From the NCBI GenBank assembly GCA_053919585.1, contig CM132792.1: a DNA stretch of 64,000 bases; one strand, written 5' to 3'. Source of the DNA: Euprymna scolopes. Its lineage: Eukaryota. Shown piece after piece: positions 1 through 12,464 of this stretch. Under the pieces are notes generated by a model that saw only the letters and a list, made by a program, of their open reading frames with translations, was not told the origin of the DNA and did no database searches. Every line of letters begins with the position of its first letter. Within the stretch, counting starts at the first letter, position 1. Both the position numbers and the translations under genes were made by a program.

Positions 1-1988
1 GTAGTTGTAAACGTTTGTAATAGCATTTATCGACGGCCATGTAGTTGTAAAAGTTTGAAATAGCATTTATCGATGTCCATATAGTTGTAAAAGTTTGTAA
101 TAGCATTTATCGACGGCCATGTAGTTGTAAACGTTTGTAATAGCATTTATCGATGTCCATATAGTTGTAAACGTTTGTAATAGCATTTATCGATGTCCAT
201 ATAGTTGTAAAAGTTTGTAATAGCATTTATCGATGTCCATGTAGTTGTAAACGTTTGAAATAGCATTTATCGACGGCCATGTAGTTGTAAAAATTTGGAA
301 TAGTATTTATCGACGGCCATGTAATTGTAAACGTTTGAAATAGCATTTATCGATGTCCATATAGTTGTAAAAGTTTGTAATAGCATTTATCGATGTCCAT
401 ATAGTTGTAAAAGTTTGTAATAGCATTTATCGATGTCAATGTAGTTGTAAACGTTTGTAATAGCATTTATCGATGTCCATGTAGTTGTAAAAGTTTGTAA
501 TAGCATTTATCGATGTCCATGTAGTTGTAAACGTTTGTAATAGCATTTATCGATGTCCATATATTTGTAAAAGTTTGTAATAGCATTTATCGATGTCCAT
601 GTAGTTGTAAACGTTTGAAATAGAATTTATCGACGGCCATGTAGTTGTAAACGTTTGTAATAGCATGTATCGATGTCAATGTCGTTGTAAACGTTTGAAA
701 TAGCATTTATCGATGTCCATGTAGTTGTAAACGTTTGAAATAGCATTTATCGACGGCCATGTAGTTGTAAAAATTTGGAATAGTATTTATCGACGGCCAT
801 GTAATTGTAAACGTTTGAAATAGCATTTATCGATGTCCATATAGTTGTAAAAGTTTGTAATAGCATTTATCGATGTCCATATAGTTGTAAAAGTTTGTAA
901 TAGCATTTATCGATGTCAATGTAGTTGTAAACGTTTGTAATAGCATTTATCGATGTCCATATATTTGTAAAAGTTTGTAATAGCATTTATCGATGTCCAT
1001 GTAGTTGTAAACGTTTGAAATAGAATTTATCGACGGCCATGTAGTTGTAAACGTTTGTAATAGCATGTATCGATGTCAATGTCGTTGTAAACGTTTGTAA
1101 TAGCATTTATCGATGTCAATGTAGTTGTAAACGTTTGTAATAGAATTTATCGCTGTCAATGTAGTTGTAAACGTTTGTAATAGAATTTATCGATGTCAAT
1201 GTAGTTGTAAACGTTTGGAATAGCATTTATCGATGTCCATGTAGTTGTAAACGTTTGAAATAGTATTTATCGATGTCAATGCAGTTGTAAACGTGTGAAA
1301 TAGCATTTATCGATGTCCATGTAGTTGTAAACGTTTGAAATAGTATTTATCGATGTCAATGCAGTTGTAAACGTTTGAAATAGCATTTATCGATGTCCAT
1401 GTAGTTGTAAACGTTTGAAATAGTATTTATCGATGTCAATGTAGTTGTAAACGTTTGAAATAGTATTTATCGATGTCAATGCAGTTGTAAACGTTTGAAA
1501 TAGCATTTATCGATGTCCATGTAGTTGTAAACGTGTGAAATAGCATTTATCGATGTCAATGCAGTTGTAAACGTGTGAAATAGCATTTATCGATGTCCAT
1601 ATAGTTGTAAACGTTTGAAATAGCATTTATCGATGTCAATGTAGTTGTAAACGTTTGAAATAGCATTTATCGATGTCAATGTAGTTGTAAACGTTTGAAA
1701 TAGCATTTATCGATGTCCATGTAGTTGTAAACGTTTGAAATAGTATTTATCGATGTCAATGTAGTTGTAAACGTTTGAAATAGTATTTATCGATGTCAAT
1801 GTAGTTGTAAACGTTTGAAATAGTATTTATCGATGTCAATGTAGTTGTAAACGTTTGAAATAGCATTTATCGATGTCAATGTAGTTGTAAACGTTTGAAA
1901 TAGTATTTATCGATGTCAATGTAGTTGTAAACGTTTATAATAGAATTTATCGATGTCAATGTCGTTGTAAACGTTTGTAATAGTATTT
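1..1988. repeat. 40-bp tandem minisatellite, about 49.5 units, runs off the left edge
   Basis: Unit GTAGTTGTAAACGTTTG(T/A)AATAGCATTTATCGATGTC(C/A)AT repeated in register; the 40-bp period shifts frame each unit and stops recur, so no long ORF. Confidence 0.98.
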
Positions 1989-2245
1989 TCATTGGTTTGT
2001 AATGTAAGAACAAGCAGAGCAGAATGTGTTGCTCACTAGATGTCGAATATTTCGCTTAGTGTTAGTACTTTTTCTATCGCATTTATTTGTTAGCTAGCAT
2101 GCTCTTTCCTCTTCTTAGGCTTCGAAAATACCTAGTTATAAAGAGAATTTATATCTCTTATCCCTATCGATGTATTTCCCTTATTGAATTGATGATTAAA
2201 TATATATACACTAGTATATTTTTTTATTGTCGATTTTTCCACCTT

Positions 2246-2296
<51 letters not shown>

Positions 2297-2604
2297 CTAC
2301 GAAAAAGGGAAGACTGGGTTTTTTTTTATCCATGATAAAAAGAAGGCGGGAGGGAAAATATTTACTGAAGGAAAAAAAAAAATAATGGGGTAAAGTCGGT
2401 CGACCAGATTTCGCCCTCACCTTTCAAAAGCCAAATCGAAGGTTTTCCTTTTTTTATATTTTATTCCTATATGGAAACGAATTTAAACGTGGGGAGTAAC
2501 TAAACAAATTATCGGGGGGAAGAGAAAAAAATGAGACGAACAACTAAAATAAATCTATCGTTATATAATCTAATAATAATAATAATAATAATTATAATAT
2601 AATA

Positions 2605-3135
2605 TTAATTTAATGGAGTTTTCGTTATCAATACATCAAGGAAAGCTAAATTAGAATTGCTTTCACCCTCATAAATATACTTTAATACGGGATGCATTTT
2701 GTAGAGTAAAGTAAAGAATGTTTTTGCCTCTGTTTGATTATTGAATAGGCAAAATGTATCATCTACATATCGAAAGTAGACTAGCGGTTTTGTGGGTCCA
2801 GATAACGATTGTTTTTCATAGAAACCCAAATATATATTCGCCATTATTGGTCCAAGGACCGAGCCCATTGCCACGCCATCTATTTGCCGATACATGATAT
2901 CGTTGAAACTAAATTCAGCCGATGTTGTGGCAAATTTCATTAATTCAATAAATATATTTTCAGAAATGAAAGGAGGTGATATCTGACTACGATATAAAAA
3001 AAAAATCAGTATAGATATCTATTGTTTCCAAAATAGGGACACAAGTGAATAAGTTGCTAATATCATAAGAGCACATGAATTCATTGGCAACTTTATAGTT
3101 TTGCATAAAATTAGCAAACTTAAATGAATCTTTTA
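2605..3135 (-). pseudogene. Penelope/Poseidon-type reverse transcriptase core fragment
   Basis: KDSFKFA..MCSYDISNLFTCVP (motif A, upstream of the called ORF), YRQIDGVAMGSVLGPIMANIYL (motif B), YFRYVDDTF (motif C), LAFLDV. Confidence 0.92.
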
Positions 3136-4055
3136 ATAATCAAACATACGCAAAAAAAATTCTTCACATCACCAACAAAATGCATCCCGTATTAAAGTAT
3201 ATTTATGAGGGTGAAAGCAATTCTAATTTAGCCTTCCTTGATATATTGATAACGAAAACTCCATTAAATTATCTGACATCAATTTACCGTAAACCAATGT
3301 TTAGTGGCTTTTATACAAGATGGGATTCATTTTGTCCTAACAAACGAAAATATAATTTGATTTGGACCTTAACACATCGTGCCCTCATGATTTGTTCACA
3401 ATCTAAATTGGACGAGGAACTAAAAACCATCACCAATACTTTGTCCAATAATGGGCACCCTCTTGATGTGATTAACTCCGTCATAAAAAGGAAAATAAAT
3501 AATTTTTCCCAAATAAAATCTAAGATGGCGGCTAAATGTCTAATTTAAATCCGTTTACCTTGGTTAGGGACAGTAAGTGAAAAATTCGCCAAACAGATTA
3601 GCTCTGCTGTAGAACTTTGCTATTTTGCCTCTAATGTACGTGTAGTGTTTGCGACAAAACCATTATTGCCATCCTCTCGAAAGGATGTTCTGCTCCCCCT
3701 CCATCATATAAATAATGTTTATCAATTTAAATGTAGTTGCAGTGCCAACTACGTGGGCAGAACAACCTTCAGGTTAGATGGTCGCGTCCAACAACATGTA
3801 CCTAGTAAAATCCGGAATGAAATCTACCAATCAACGGATATTTTGAGCAATACGTATGGTTCCGCTATAAGGAATGATTTGCTTTAAAACCCGCGATGTG
3901 CAATGAATTTCAGCAGTGACTCATTTTCTATCCTGAGTCACGCTCACTCGTTATTTCATTTGAAGGTCGTGGAGACTATTCACGTCCAGTTAAGGAGACC
4001 TTCTCTCTGTAAGCAGAAGGATTGTCTTTTAGGTCTGGACGTGATGTGTCTCTAA
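3135..4055 (+). pseudogene. Penelope RT thumb plus C-terminal GIY-YIG endonuclease, interrupted by stops
   Basis: LAFLDI..TSIYRKP..RALMICS; NVYQFKCSCSANYVGRTTFRLDGRVQQH is a GIY-YIG motif. Confidence 0.92.
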
Positions 4056-4405
4056 GGCGTTTTCTCCCCATATCATAACGATAGATTTATTTTAGTCGTT
4101 CCTCTCATTTTTTTTCTCTTACCCCGATAATTTGATTTTATTTTAGTTGCTCCCCACGTTTAAATTCGTTTCTGTATAGTAATAAAAAAAAAAAAAGAAA
4201 ACCCTCGATTTGGCTTTTGAAAAGTGAGGGCGAAATCTGGTCAGCCGACTCTACTCCCAGTATCAATTTTTTCCCCCCTTCATTAAATATTTTCCCTCCG
4301 TCCTTCTTTTTATCATGAATACAAAAAAAAACTCAGTCTTCCCTTTTTTATAACTATGATAAAGTTTTGTACCCCCCCCCCCCACAAAAAAAATAATGAT
4401 ATATA

Positions 4406-4723
4406 CACGCAGAGTCGTAGAAGTTTTCAAGTTGGTATCTGAGGGCGCATTAATTCACTGGGAGAGATGCACCCCCAGTCTTTGTTAAGACATCCTTCTA
4501 GGGGAAGGTAACTCTGATGTAAAACCCTGCGGTCTACTGTATACTTTGTCTTGTGGCGGTCATCTGCACAAAGGTCATCTAGACAAAGGTTAGCAGTAAT
4601 ACCAAAAAGTGTGGTTGGTTCTACACAAAGCCTTTATCACTATAAACAAAGCATCTCTGTGGTTTTCTGGGGAACTTAGTTGTTGTGGCGGAAGTTCATA
4701 CGTAAAAATGGACAGGAGAGTTT

Positions 4724-4728
<5 letters not shown>
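4406..4728 (+). mobile_element. 5'-truncated copy of the 5S-headed SINE family B (full copy 57898-58322)
   Basis: Aligns by eye to 58015-58322; contains CTAGGGGAAGGTAACTCTGATGTAAAACC; ends in (AT)n. Confidence 0.8.
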
Positions 4729-4791
<63 letters not shown>

Positions 4792-4792
<1 letters not shown>

Positions 4793-5457
4793 TAGCAGAG
4801 GAAACCCGACGTTTCTCAGTATTGAATCAGGATCAATGAATGTTCCACATTTCAATGCTTTTATTCTCATCGGAATTATTTTTCAATCAAATCGATTGAT
4901 TGCCTGCTATAGTCGAGGACTCACCGTAGTTCACCGGGGGGGGGGGACCTTCACATGCCTCTCCATAATGACGTCATCCACAATATATCGCAGCCTATAT
5001 TGCACTGTAGAGAACCTACTGTTGATTTTATAAAATTATTTTTATATAATGACTTAAATTAAAGTTTAAAATGCAAAAGTCAAATATCACGTTTTAATTG
5101 TGCTCTAAACATTTTCATTTCGAACGAATCTCTGTCTTATCAAAGAATCTGCTGTTGATTATATATGGCGGGCCATTCTGCTTGTGTGGTAGTAAAACTT
5201 CTCGAATGCACTTTTGATATTAGGCTGTGTAAGGGTGTTAACTTTGGTCAAAATTGAACAGTTCCTTCTTTTATCGGATTTTTTTTTATTATCGATTTTC
5301 CATAGTTATCGAAGACATTCTGATACAAAAGCCATCTAAGAAGAGTTTCAGGCAGGAAAAGTACATTTGTGCGAAATTTAAAAAAAAAATCGACCCAGTC
5401 TGTTGAAAGTCAATAAAGAATGAACTCTCACACACACACAAAGTGCGTTTTATTTAT

Positions 5458-5460
<3 letters not shown>
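4792..5460 (-). mobile_element. Non-autonomous Helitron, family H1
   Basis: 3' CTAG|T with a degenerate GC hairpin; internal GAACCTACTGTTGATTTTATA subrepeats shared with 12015, 37960, 43561. Confidence 0.75.
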
Positions 5461-5508
<48 letters not shown>

Positions 5509-5799
5509 TTATTATTATTATTAAAAAATGTTATATATTAAAATTCGGTAATGTTGATATATCAATAAAATTAAAGTCAGTATTAATTCACTCAATTAAT
5601 TAAACTCCATGATTATTGGTTTTCATAATTGAGCATACGTATAATATTTTTGCAAAACTCAAGACAACTTAATCTAAAATAAGAATATTGTGTATTTCCT
5701 TATGTGCTATAATTGTTTCATAATGATTTGGACAAATTTAAACGTACTATTTAAAACTTTTCCAAAAGTAGCTACTCTTCAGGCACTAAAATACATTTG

Positions 5800-5834
<35 letters not shown>

Positions 5835-6500
5835 TGGTCTCTATTTTTAGGGAACAAGCAGTTGGAACTCACCTTATTTTATTTTTTCGATTCCCTTCGA
5901 ACTGATCAAGTGTCCTACTTTCGTATTACTGATTTTTAGATAATATTTCTACCATTTTCTATTTTTAATATTCATTTAATCTTTTAATGTTTTTTTTTTC
6001 TATTTTTATAATTATTTTTTCCTCTCTGATTTATATATTTGTTGAATTACTCCCCAAATTCCTAAACTACACCTTTCAAATTTTAGTCTCTATTTATATG
6101 TCCAGCTATTCATTTCCTAATTTGCCTTAGTTTCGTATAAATGTTTATTTACCTGTTATGATATATTTGTTTTCCCTTTTCCCCTTTTACCTGCTATTTA
6201 AAAAAAAAAAAAAAAAAAAAACTGAATTAAAGCGTTCATTTCAATAATTTAAGGTAATATTTACCTTCACCTCATACTGGTTATGCAATTTATTCAAAAG
6301 GTAAATCTATAATTTTCAACCTCATCTTAATATAAATATGTAATTGGGATAGTTAGACGACTTATGAACGTATAAGAGTATCAGATTTTTAGAAAATTTT
6401 AATTATTTTGGTTTGATAATTATAGAAGTTATTAAAAAATTATATAACTTGTTAATTTTTTTGTTGAACTCTCTTCGCCTGGCTGTTGTGGTAAATAGGG

Positions 6501-6768
6501 CATGGTCTCTATATAAGCCACATTAGATGTGTTTAAATTAGTATTTAAGTTCTTTCAGTAAGAAAAGATCCACTAAATCTATAACACGCAGAATCAGGAG
6601 TCCATTAGAATATCAAAGTTATTGGGGTGTCTTTTCTGGTCCAATATTAATTGTTAAATTAGGGATCTTCTGGTTAAGAGAATTAATTTTATTTCTAAAT
6701 CAATAAAGTCAGAATTTCTTTTTGCGAAGATTAGGGCCTTATTTAAGAGGATCAGAGAAATTGATTGG

Positions 6769-6772
<4 letters not shown>
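6501..6772 (-). pseudogene. Decayed PLE RT fragment of a second clade (YRDDG type)
   Basis: Manual translation YQSISLILLNKALIFAK..KLILLTRRSLI..NFDILMDS..IDLVDLFLL..GLYRD resembles FYPSI..LLNKAL..FDVTMGS..GLYRDDG. Confidence 0.6.
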
Positions 6773-6823
<51 letters not shown>

Positions 6824-7006
6824 TAACACTCAATAATAAATAAATAAATAGAGGGATATCTGATTAACAACTGAAATACACCTTCGACATTAAAAAATGC
6901 AATAACATTTTTACTCCTTGTTGAGGATTGCTAACGAAACAGATCTGCAACATATACTCTTATGAGAAAATAAAAGAACATGTGTTTTCAAAAATTGTGA
7001 ATTGAA

Positions 7007-7054
<48 letters not shown>

Positions 7055-7175
7055 ATTTGTTTTTGTTTTTGCGATACGTTATGAATGAATTCAGTTATTT
7101 ATGAAAGTGCATTTTTACCTAAATGTGATTTGGGAATAATTTTCCCTTTAACCAATTTGGTACCCCGGCATATAT

Positions 7176-7303
7176 ATATATCGTTTTTAAAATAAAATTA
7201 TCAACGGACACGAGTTTCGTCGTCTACGACTCACCAGAGCGGCGAGTCATAGACGACGAAACACGTGTCAGTGGATAATTATATTTTAAAAATGATAAAT
7301 ATA
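7176..7303. ncRNA. Fold-back palindrome of two decayed minimal hammerhead ribozymes
   Basis: Minus: CTGGTGA GTCG TAGA CGAC GAAAC TCGT GTC. Plus: ..GA GTCA TAGA CGAC GAAAC ACGT GTC. Confidence 0.75.
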
Positions 7304-7514
7304 AAGCGTTTCAGGTGTAAAAGTGCAACAAGTTCATCGAAGTATTTACAGAACAAGTTTGGGTTGGATTTTATTTTCACACCCTGTCCAAGAGGGAGAG
7401 GATAATGGTTACTGAACCAGTCCAGGTGTGGTAACAATATTTCAGGCATAGTGAAAATAATATTTTTATTAACATATAGGATAATGACAGATGTGTAAAT
7501 GTTTCTGATCCTGG

Positions 7515-7790
7515 ATTTGACCTTAAACTATATCCGATGGTAAGGCCCTAGCTTGCGGGCTTTGGGCAGTGTGGAGCCACCCCTTAATTGCCATTGCTCC
7601 CAGGTCCACTCTGACCCGAAATTGTAGTACTTGTTAGGGTCCCAACTATGGGTTAGATAAAAACCAACTTGAAAAAAAAAAAATCCAAATATATTCTATA
7701 AAAAAATTGTCTTCCAAAATCACTGGATTCGGCATTAAATAACCCGGAAAGGTTTGATATGCCGTAAAACAAAAACAATCAGCCAACAAG
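7515..7790 (+). mobile_element. SINE body and tail (octopus-like)
   Basis: TTGCCATTGCTCCCAGGTCCACTCTGACCCG..AGGGTCCC..TATGGG and tail GGTTTGATATGCCGTAAA; tail recurs near 32565 and 62625; resemblance to cephalopod SINEs is from memory. Confidence 0.6.
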
Positions 7791-8389
7791 TGTTTTTAGC
7801 CCGGTAAAGGGCGCTTAGTTTATTTGCAGCAGACTCGGCAGCATCTTCTATGCACTTAATCTTAGAATGTCAGGCCGATCAGTTTGAATGTTGGACGTTT
7901 GAGAATGATTAACTAGTTGATAGATTTTGTTTTAATTCCAAAGCGTTACCATCACATGATGCTAGAAAAAAAAATACACCGTTACATAAAAGTTGAAATA
8001 TAGTTGACTGTAATCGGCACCAATAGAAATATATGCATATATACACTTGACTTTTGAACCCGTTAAAAGCAGGCAAAAGTAATAGCCCGTTGACTTAGAA
8101 TGAGGGCTTATGTCAAATTGATGGTTGAAATATGGTTAAATTTGTGCTCATCTTACATTAACAACTAATCTCTATTAATCTCGAACTGTATATAGAACAG
8201 ATAACATAATACTTAGTTGGCTGCACTTTATGATAACAAAAGTCAATACAAAATTTCAACCAAATCAGCTCAGTAGTTTTAAAAAATGTAACAGACAGAC
8301 AGACTCAGACAAATATAATATATACTTATTTCTGTCACGTGTAGCCCGGTGAAACTCTTTAAAGTATAAATGTATGGGTTGTGTTATTT

Positions 8390-8640
8390 ATTGCACAACT
8401 CTAACACTGGGACGATATATCACAAGAACAAAGAAAAGAATTGAATGATTGATATCGGTTCGCAATGAAATTGGACAGATAATCTCCTCGTCCCCTTTTG
8501 GTTGAAGAGCCTGATTTGCATAAGTATGGTTCTTGTGAAAGAGTCTCCAACTGGGATATTTGCCATTATAGACAGCAAGTATAATTGGATAATACACAGG
8601 AGCTGACGGAACTAAACACAAAAGTTTAGCGCATTTGTAT
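8390..8640 (+). pseudogene. Possible BEL/Pao LTR-retrotransposon pol fragment
   Basis: Frameshifted WDDISQEQRKE..EIGQII..PDLH resembles the Pao WDD..W..IPR..LH region. Confidence 0.3.
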
Positions 8641-9263
8641 GCTACGCTCTTTTCCCTCTTGTTTTCTATATATGCACACACACACACACACACACATATT
8701 TATATATATATTAGTCCTTGCGCGAAAGAGCAGGACACAAAATGTTTTAAATAATAAGATTAATAGAATAACAATCTGGCGAGGACTACTATTGACCGTA
8801 ACCAGTTATACATTCCTTTTGAAATTTTCATCTCTATTTTTCTCGTTATGTACTGAATATTTGTTAATGAAACCTATATGAAATATGTTCCTCATTAAAT
8901 TGTAAAGATTTTCTATTCTGAAAGAAGTTTAAAAAAATTTAACCTAAAAAGTTATTTTAAAGTTTTTGTTAAAAAAAATTCAGATTTTCTCATTATTCGG
9001 ACCTGTATTACAAAGAGGGTGGTTGCAAAAATGAATTGTGGTGTGAGGAGAAATACAAACTGAAATAGAGAGAAGGAGAGTTTTAAAATATAATCTTAAA
9101 AAGATAAGATACAAGTTAGAAAAGCATTTCATCCAAGGCATGAAAATTGTTAAACAAAATGTTTTTGCTATATTTACTTTATTACTTTACTATAGGCTTT
9201 AAAAATAAAGGTACAAGATTCAATTTGAAATTTATTTATCTCACAAAGTGCATTTTTATAAAT

Positions 9264-9509
9264 TTTACAAAGTAAGGTATAAAAATTTGATTTAAATTGA
9301 ATCAAAAAATTACCTTGGATTTATTTTATGTAATGTACATTTTGTTGCAATTTAAAAACATTATCTTTCATTTAGCAATTAATGATACAGATATAAAATT
9401 TTCAATGATTTCTTTTTAAAAGTGAAACAGAATGTACATTACATAAATTAAATCCAAAGGTAATTTTTTGATTCAATTTAAATTAAATTTTTATACCTTA
9501 CTTTGTAAA
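9264..9509. mobile_element. Fold-back element / MITE with about 85-bp inverted arms
   Basis: TTTACAAAGTAAGGTATAAAAATTT.. is the reverse complement of ..AAATTTTTATACCTTACTTTGTAAA. Confidence 0.8.
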
Positions 9510-10087
9510 GTATTTGCTTGGATCATCTTTGTGGAGGTAGGATGAGGGCAATTGTTTGATATGCACCCCCCCCCCTCAAACAAACAGGAGGGGACAGTAG
9601 TGGGAATTTTTATTGACACATTAGTATGAGCACAAATTAGGGTTCTCCATTAAAAGTGACCTCAATGGGTCCCCACTTCCATTGGTGGCAGTGAGGGATG
9701 TGATCATGGTGGTTATCATGACAAGTTCGGTAGCTTTATATCAAAAGGTTTGAGCATGCATCCCCCCCCCCTCATAGTGTGATATCCTACCATAGTTGGT
9801 AACTCTACTGTTGTAATCCGTTGTTGGTGATGAGCGGTGTAACCCGTCAAAACCTCCCCCTCCTTATGGTGGGTTATCCTGTCAAATTTGAAATTGTGTG
9901 AGCATGCATAAGGTTCCCTCTTATAAGTGATCACCCCCCCCTCGTTGACTGGGGTGACTTTTTCATACCCATTGCAGATCCTTGATAACTTTTCTATTGT
10001 ATGTGGCCAGTTTAGTTTAATAGTAAACCATATAGGAGCCTTTTCTTGGACAGACAGAGACACAGACATTGAACTTTATTATATAGA
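9510..10087 (-). mobile_element. Helitron fragment, 5' end related to family H4
   Basis: AACCATATAGGAGCCT..CACAGACATTGAACTTTAT..TAGAT matches the 5' ends at 46180-46240 and 46945-47015; left boundary uncertain. Confidence 0.55.
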
Positions 10088-10135
10088 TATGTAATAAATA
10101 TATATATATATGTAATAAATATGTTACATACACAC

Positions 10136-10182
<47 letters not shown>

Positions 10183-10844
10183 GTTTGCATCATTACTTGT
10201 CATTTATTGAATCGTTTATACCGAACAGCTAAGAAACCTGAAAAAAAAAAAAAACTTCTTAACGGGATTGAGCACATGAGATAGAGAAATTGTCTTTGTG
10301 ATTTATAAAAAAAAAATCATTTTCTGAACATTGATTCCAGATATTTTTTTATCTTCTCCGAGGTTTATCTGAATGATCAGTTGAATTTTCTTTGTGTAAT
10401 TTGAACACTCTCTATACTGAACACGAAATTTGAACGTTTTCAGTGTTCCGCTATTCCTACTCATCTAAGTGATTCAACCTTTTCTTGCTGATCTAGAAAG
10501 TTAAACCTTATCGGTGTTATCTGATTGAAGAGCTTGAACCTTTTCAGTGTTATTTTACTTAGCAAGCTGAAGTTGAAGTATTTTATTCGTTTTAAATTAA
10601 CTTTAGCCCAGGAAAATATTATCTGTTTCCTTTTAGAATTTAAATTTACACAAATAACGTAATAAGTGGTTGTAATGTTGGAAAGGCCACAGAAAGACCC
10701 TCTGTTACTTTATAGAAAGGCAGTTGGATTCAACATAATTTATTTTTGTACTAATAAACCTTAAGCACACAAGCAGTACAGGGGAATTACATGTTGAGAG
10801 ATGATAACAAATTTATGTTTCTGAAGTTTTTAGGAGTGATAATG

Positions 10845-11090
10845 TGTATTATTGGATTATTTAGACTACTGTTCCCATCTTTAGTTTTATTCCCACAACG
10901 TTTCGACCGATTAAACTTCCAGCCTTCCTTAGGTGTATCTTATTGAACTCAGAAATCTGTGCAGAATTTCGGACAAACCCCTTTAATTCATGGGAGTAGC
11001 ATGCTCTTATTCCGTAAGCCATGACTGAGTAGGAATCTTAAATATTTCACACTTTTATTCTTAGTATTACTCACAGTGAGGATTAAACCT
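10845..11090 (-). mobile_element. PLE pseudo-LTR family P1 with decayed minimal HHR
   Basis: ACAC CTAAGGA A GGCTG..CGGTC GAAAC GTT GTGG; lies 3' of a GIY-YIG remnant; homologous to 18415, 19420, 22405, 34184, 41570. Confidence 0.7.
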
Positions 11091-11299
11091 TTAACCCCCA
11101 AAAGAAATAACATAGGAAATGACTGTGAAGAATGTGTGGAGCAGGATATTTGTTCAAATTATAATTTAAGTGTTTGCATGCCAATGCGGTCAGGGAAAGA
11201 AGAAAGAATTTGAATGAAAAGCGATTCGTGGAAATGCGCTATTAGAGTCGAAAATATTTCGAAATTCTGATGTGAAGAGGTGGGATTTTGCTGATAATC

Positions 11300-11725
11300 T
11301 GTTGGGTCGGAAGAATTTTTGTTAAAATGGTACAAGTGCATTAAATCTGTCAGAGCACGTTTCGTTTAAGTATTTGTAAAACACACACGTGACTACTACA
11401 CTGCGGCAATGTAACCCAACTGGAGCTTGACAGAGAATTCGACACCTATTGGAATAAAAATTATTTTTTTGCACCTTGAGCATAGGGGGGGGGGCTATTG
11501 ATTGATGCACTGATGCACCAGCATAAATGTAGCAACAGTATTCTATGAATCCTTTATTGTGGAAATAAGGAATTTGCTTTTTTTTTTTTTTATCTTTTTC
11601 GACTTTTTGTAGAGATTTCGTGAAATACATGTTGTGGTCTTGTAGGACCGATAACGAATAACGCAACTCGGTAATATATTTACAAGAGTTTGTACAGAGT
11701 GGGATGTTACAGAAAGAGTAATCAT
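11300..11725 (-). pseudogene. Decayed PLE GIY-YIG endonuclease
   Basis: VIRYRSY..KD..KG.IHRI.CCYIYAGAS..TKRALTD across frameshifts. Confidence 0.45.
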
Positions 11726-11729
11726 TTAT

Positions 11730-11976
11730 TGTTGTAGACCCGTGCTAGGGGGTCACAAATGAAAGAAACCACAAGTAGTGTAAAGTGTATAAAATATAAT
11801 ATGTATTTATCATAAAGAATACAGGAGCCACTAAAGTGGTATGAGAGGAACGTGTTTGTAACATACGGTTAAACATGGTATGAATGTCTCCCTTTTAGTC
11901 TCTGCAACCAGTGGTATTCATAGGACTGGTTGATTCCACGTAGTTCTGAAATAGGAGTGATTTGTACCCCACAACA
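11730..11976. mobile_element. Solo LTR, 247 bp
   Basis: TGTTGT..ACAACA termini; near-perfect 5-bp TSD TTTAT/GTTAT. Confidence 0.75.
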
Positions 11977-12014
11977 GTTATTGTCATCGAAATCTTACCC
12001 CACCCGTTTTTTGG

Positions 12015-12455
12015 CATAAATCAATTGAATGCCTGCTCTAATGAGTAACCCATCACGCTGCATCAGAAGTAACTTCACTGCAGTAATTTAATCTAGATAC
12101 ATTGGAGCCTACATTGGAATGTAGAGAACCAACTGTTTATTTTATAAAATTATTTTATATATAACGGCTTGAATTTAAATTAAAAATGCAAAAATCAGGT
12201 ATCATTGTTAAATTTCTGACCGAACGCACCCCTGTCATTTAAAAGAAGCAAGTATTGATTTTATATGCCTCGCTGTTCTGCTTGTGCGGTGATAATGGCT
12301 TCAATTTATTTTTAAATTTGAAAAAGTTAAGTATCATTATTCAGTTGTGCTTTAAACAGAGACAATTATTTCGAACACGCCCCTATCTTATCGAAGAACC
12401 TACTGTTGGTATTATACGTCAGCCTTTCTGCTTGTGTGGTAATAAAACTATCAGA
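12015..12455 (-). mobile_element. Helitron H1 internal fragment
   Basis: GTAGAGAACC.ACTGTT..TTTTATAAAATTATTTT and CTTGTGTGGTAATAAAACT shared with other H1 copies. Confidence 0.65.
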
Positions 12456-12464
12456 CATGTGTAT

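Larger units (their letters stand above)
2293..4358. mobile_element. Penelope-like retroelement with inverted pseudo-LTRs (head-to-head arms)
   Basis: 2293-2566 is the reverse complement of 4074-4358; divergent RT and RT-GIY-YIG fragments inside; (TA)n on the left flank. Confidence 0.9.

Noticed and set aside
1-1988. CRISPR array or repeat-protein gene
   Set aside because: No unique spacers; the 40-bp period is not a multiple of 3 and stops recur; eukaryotic context
6919-6952. Decayed HHR TTGAGGA..GAAAC
   Set aside because: Too many core and stem lesions to support
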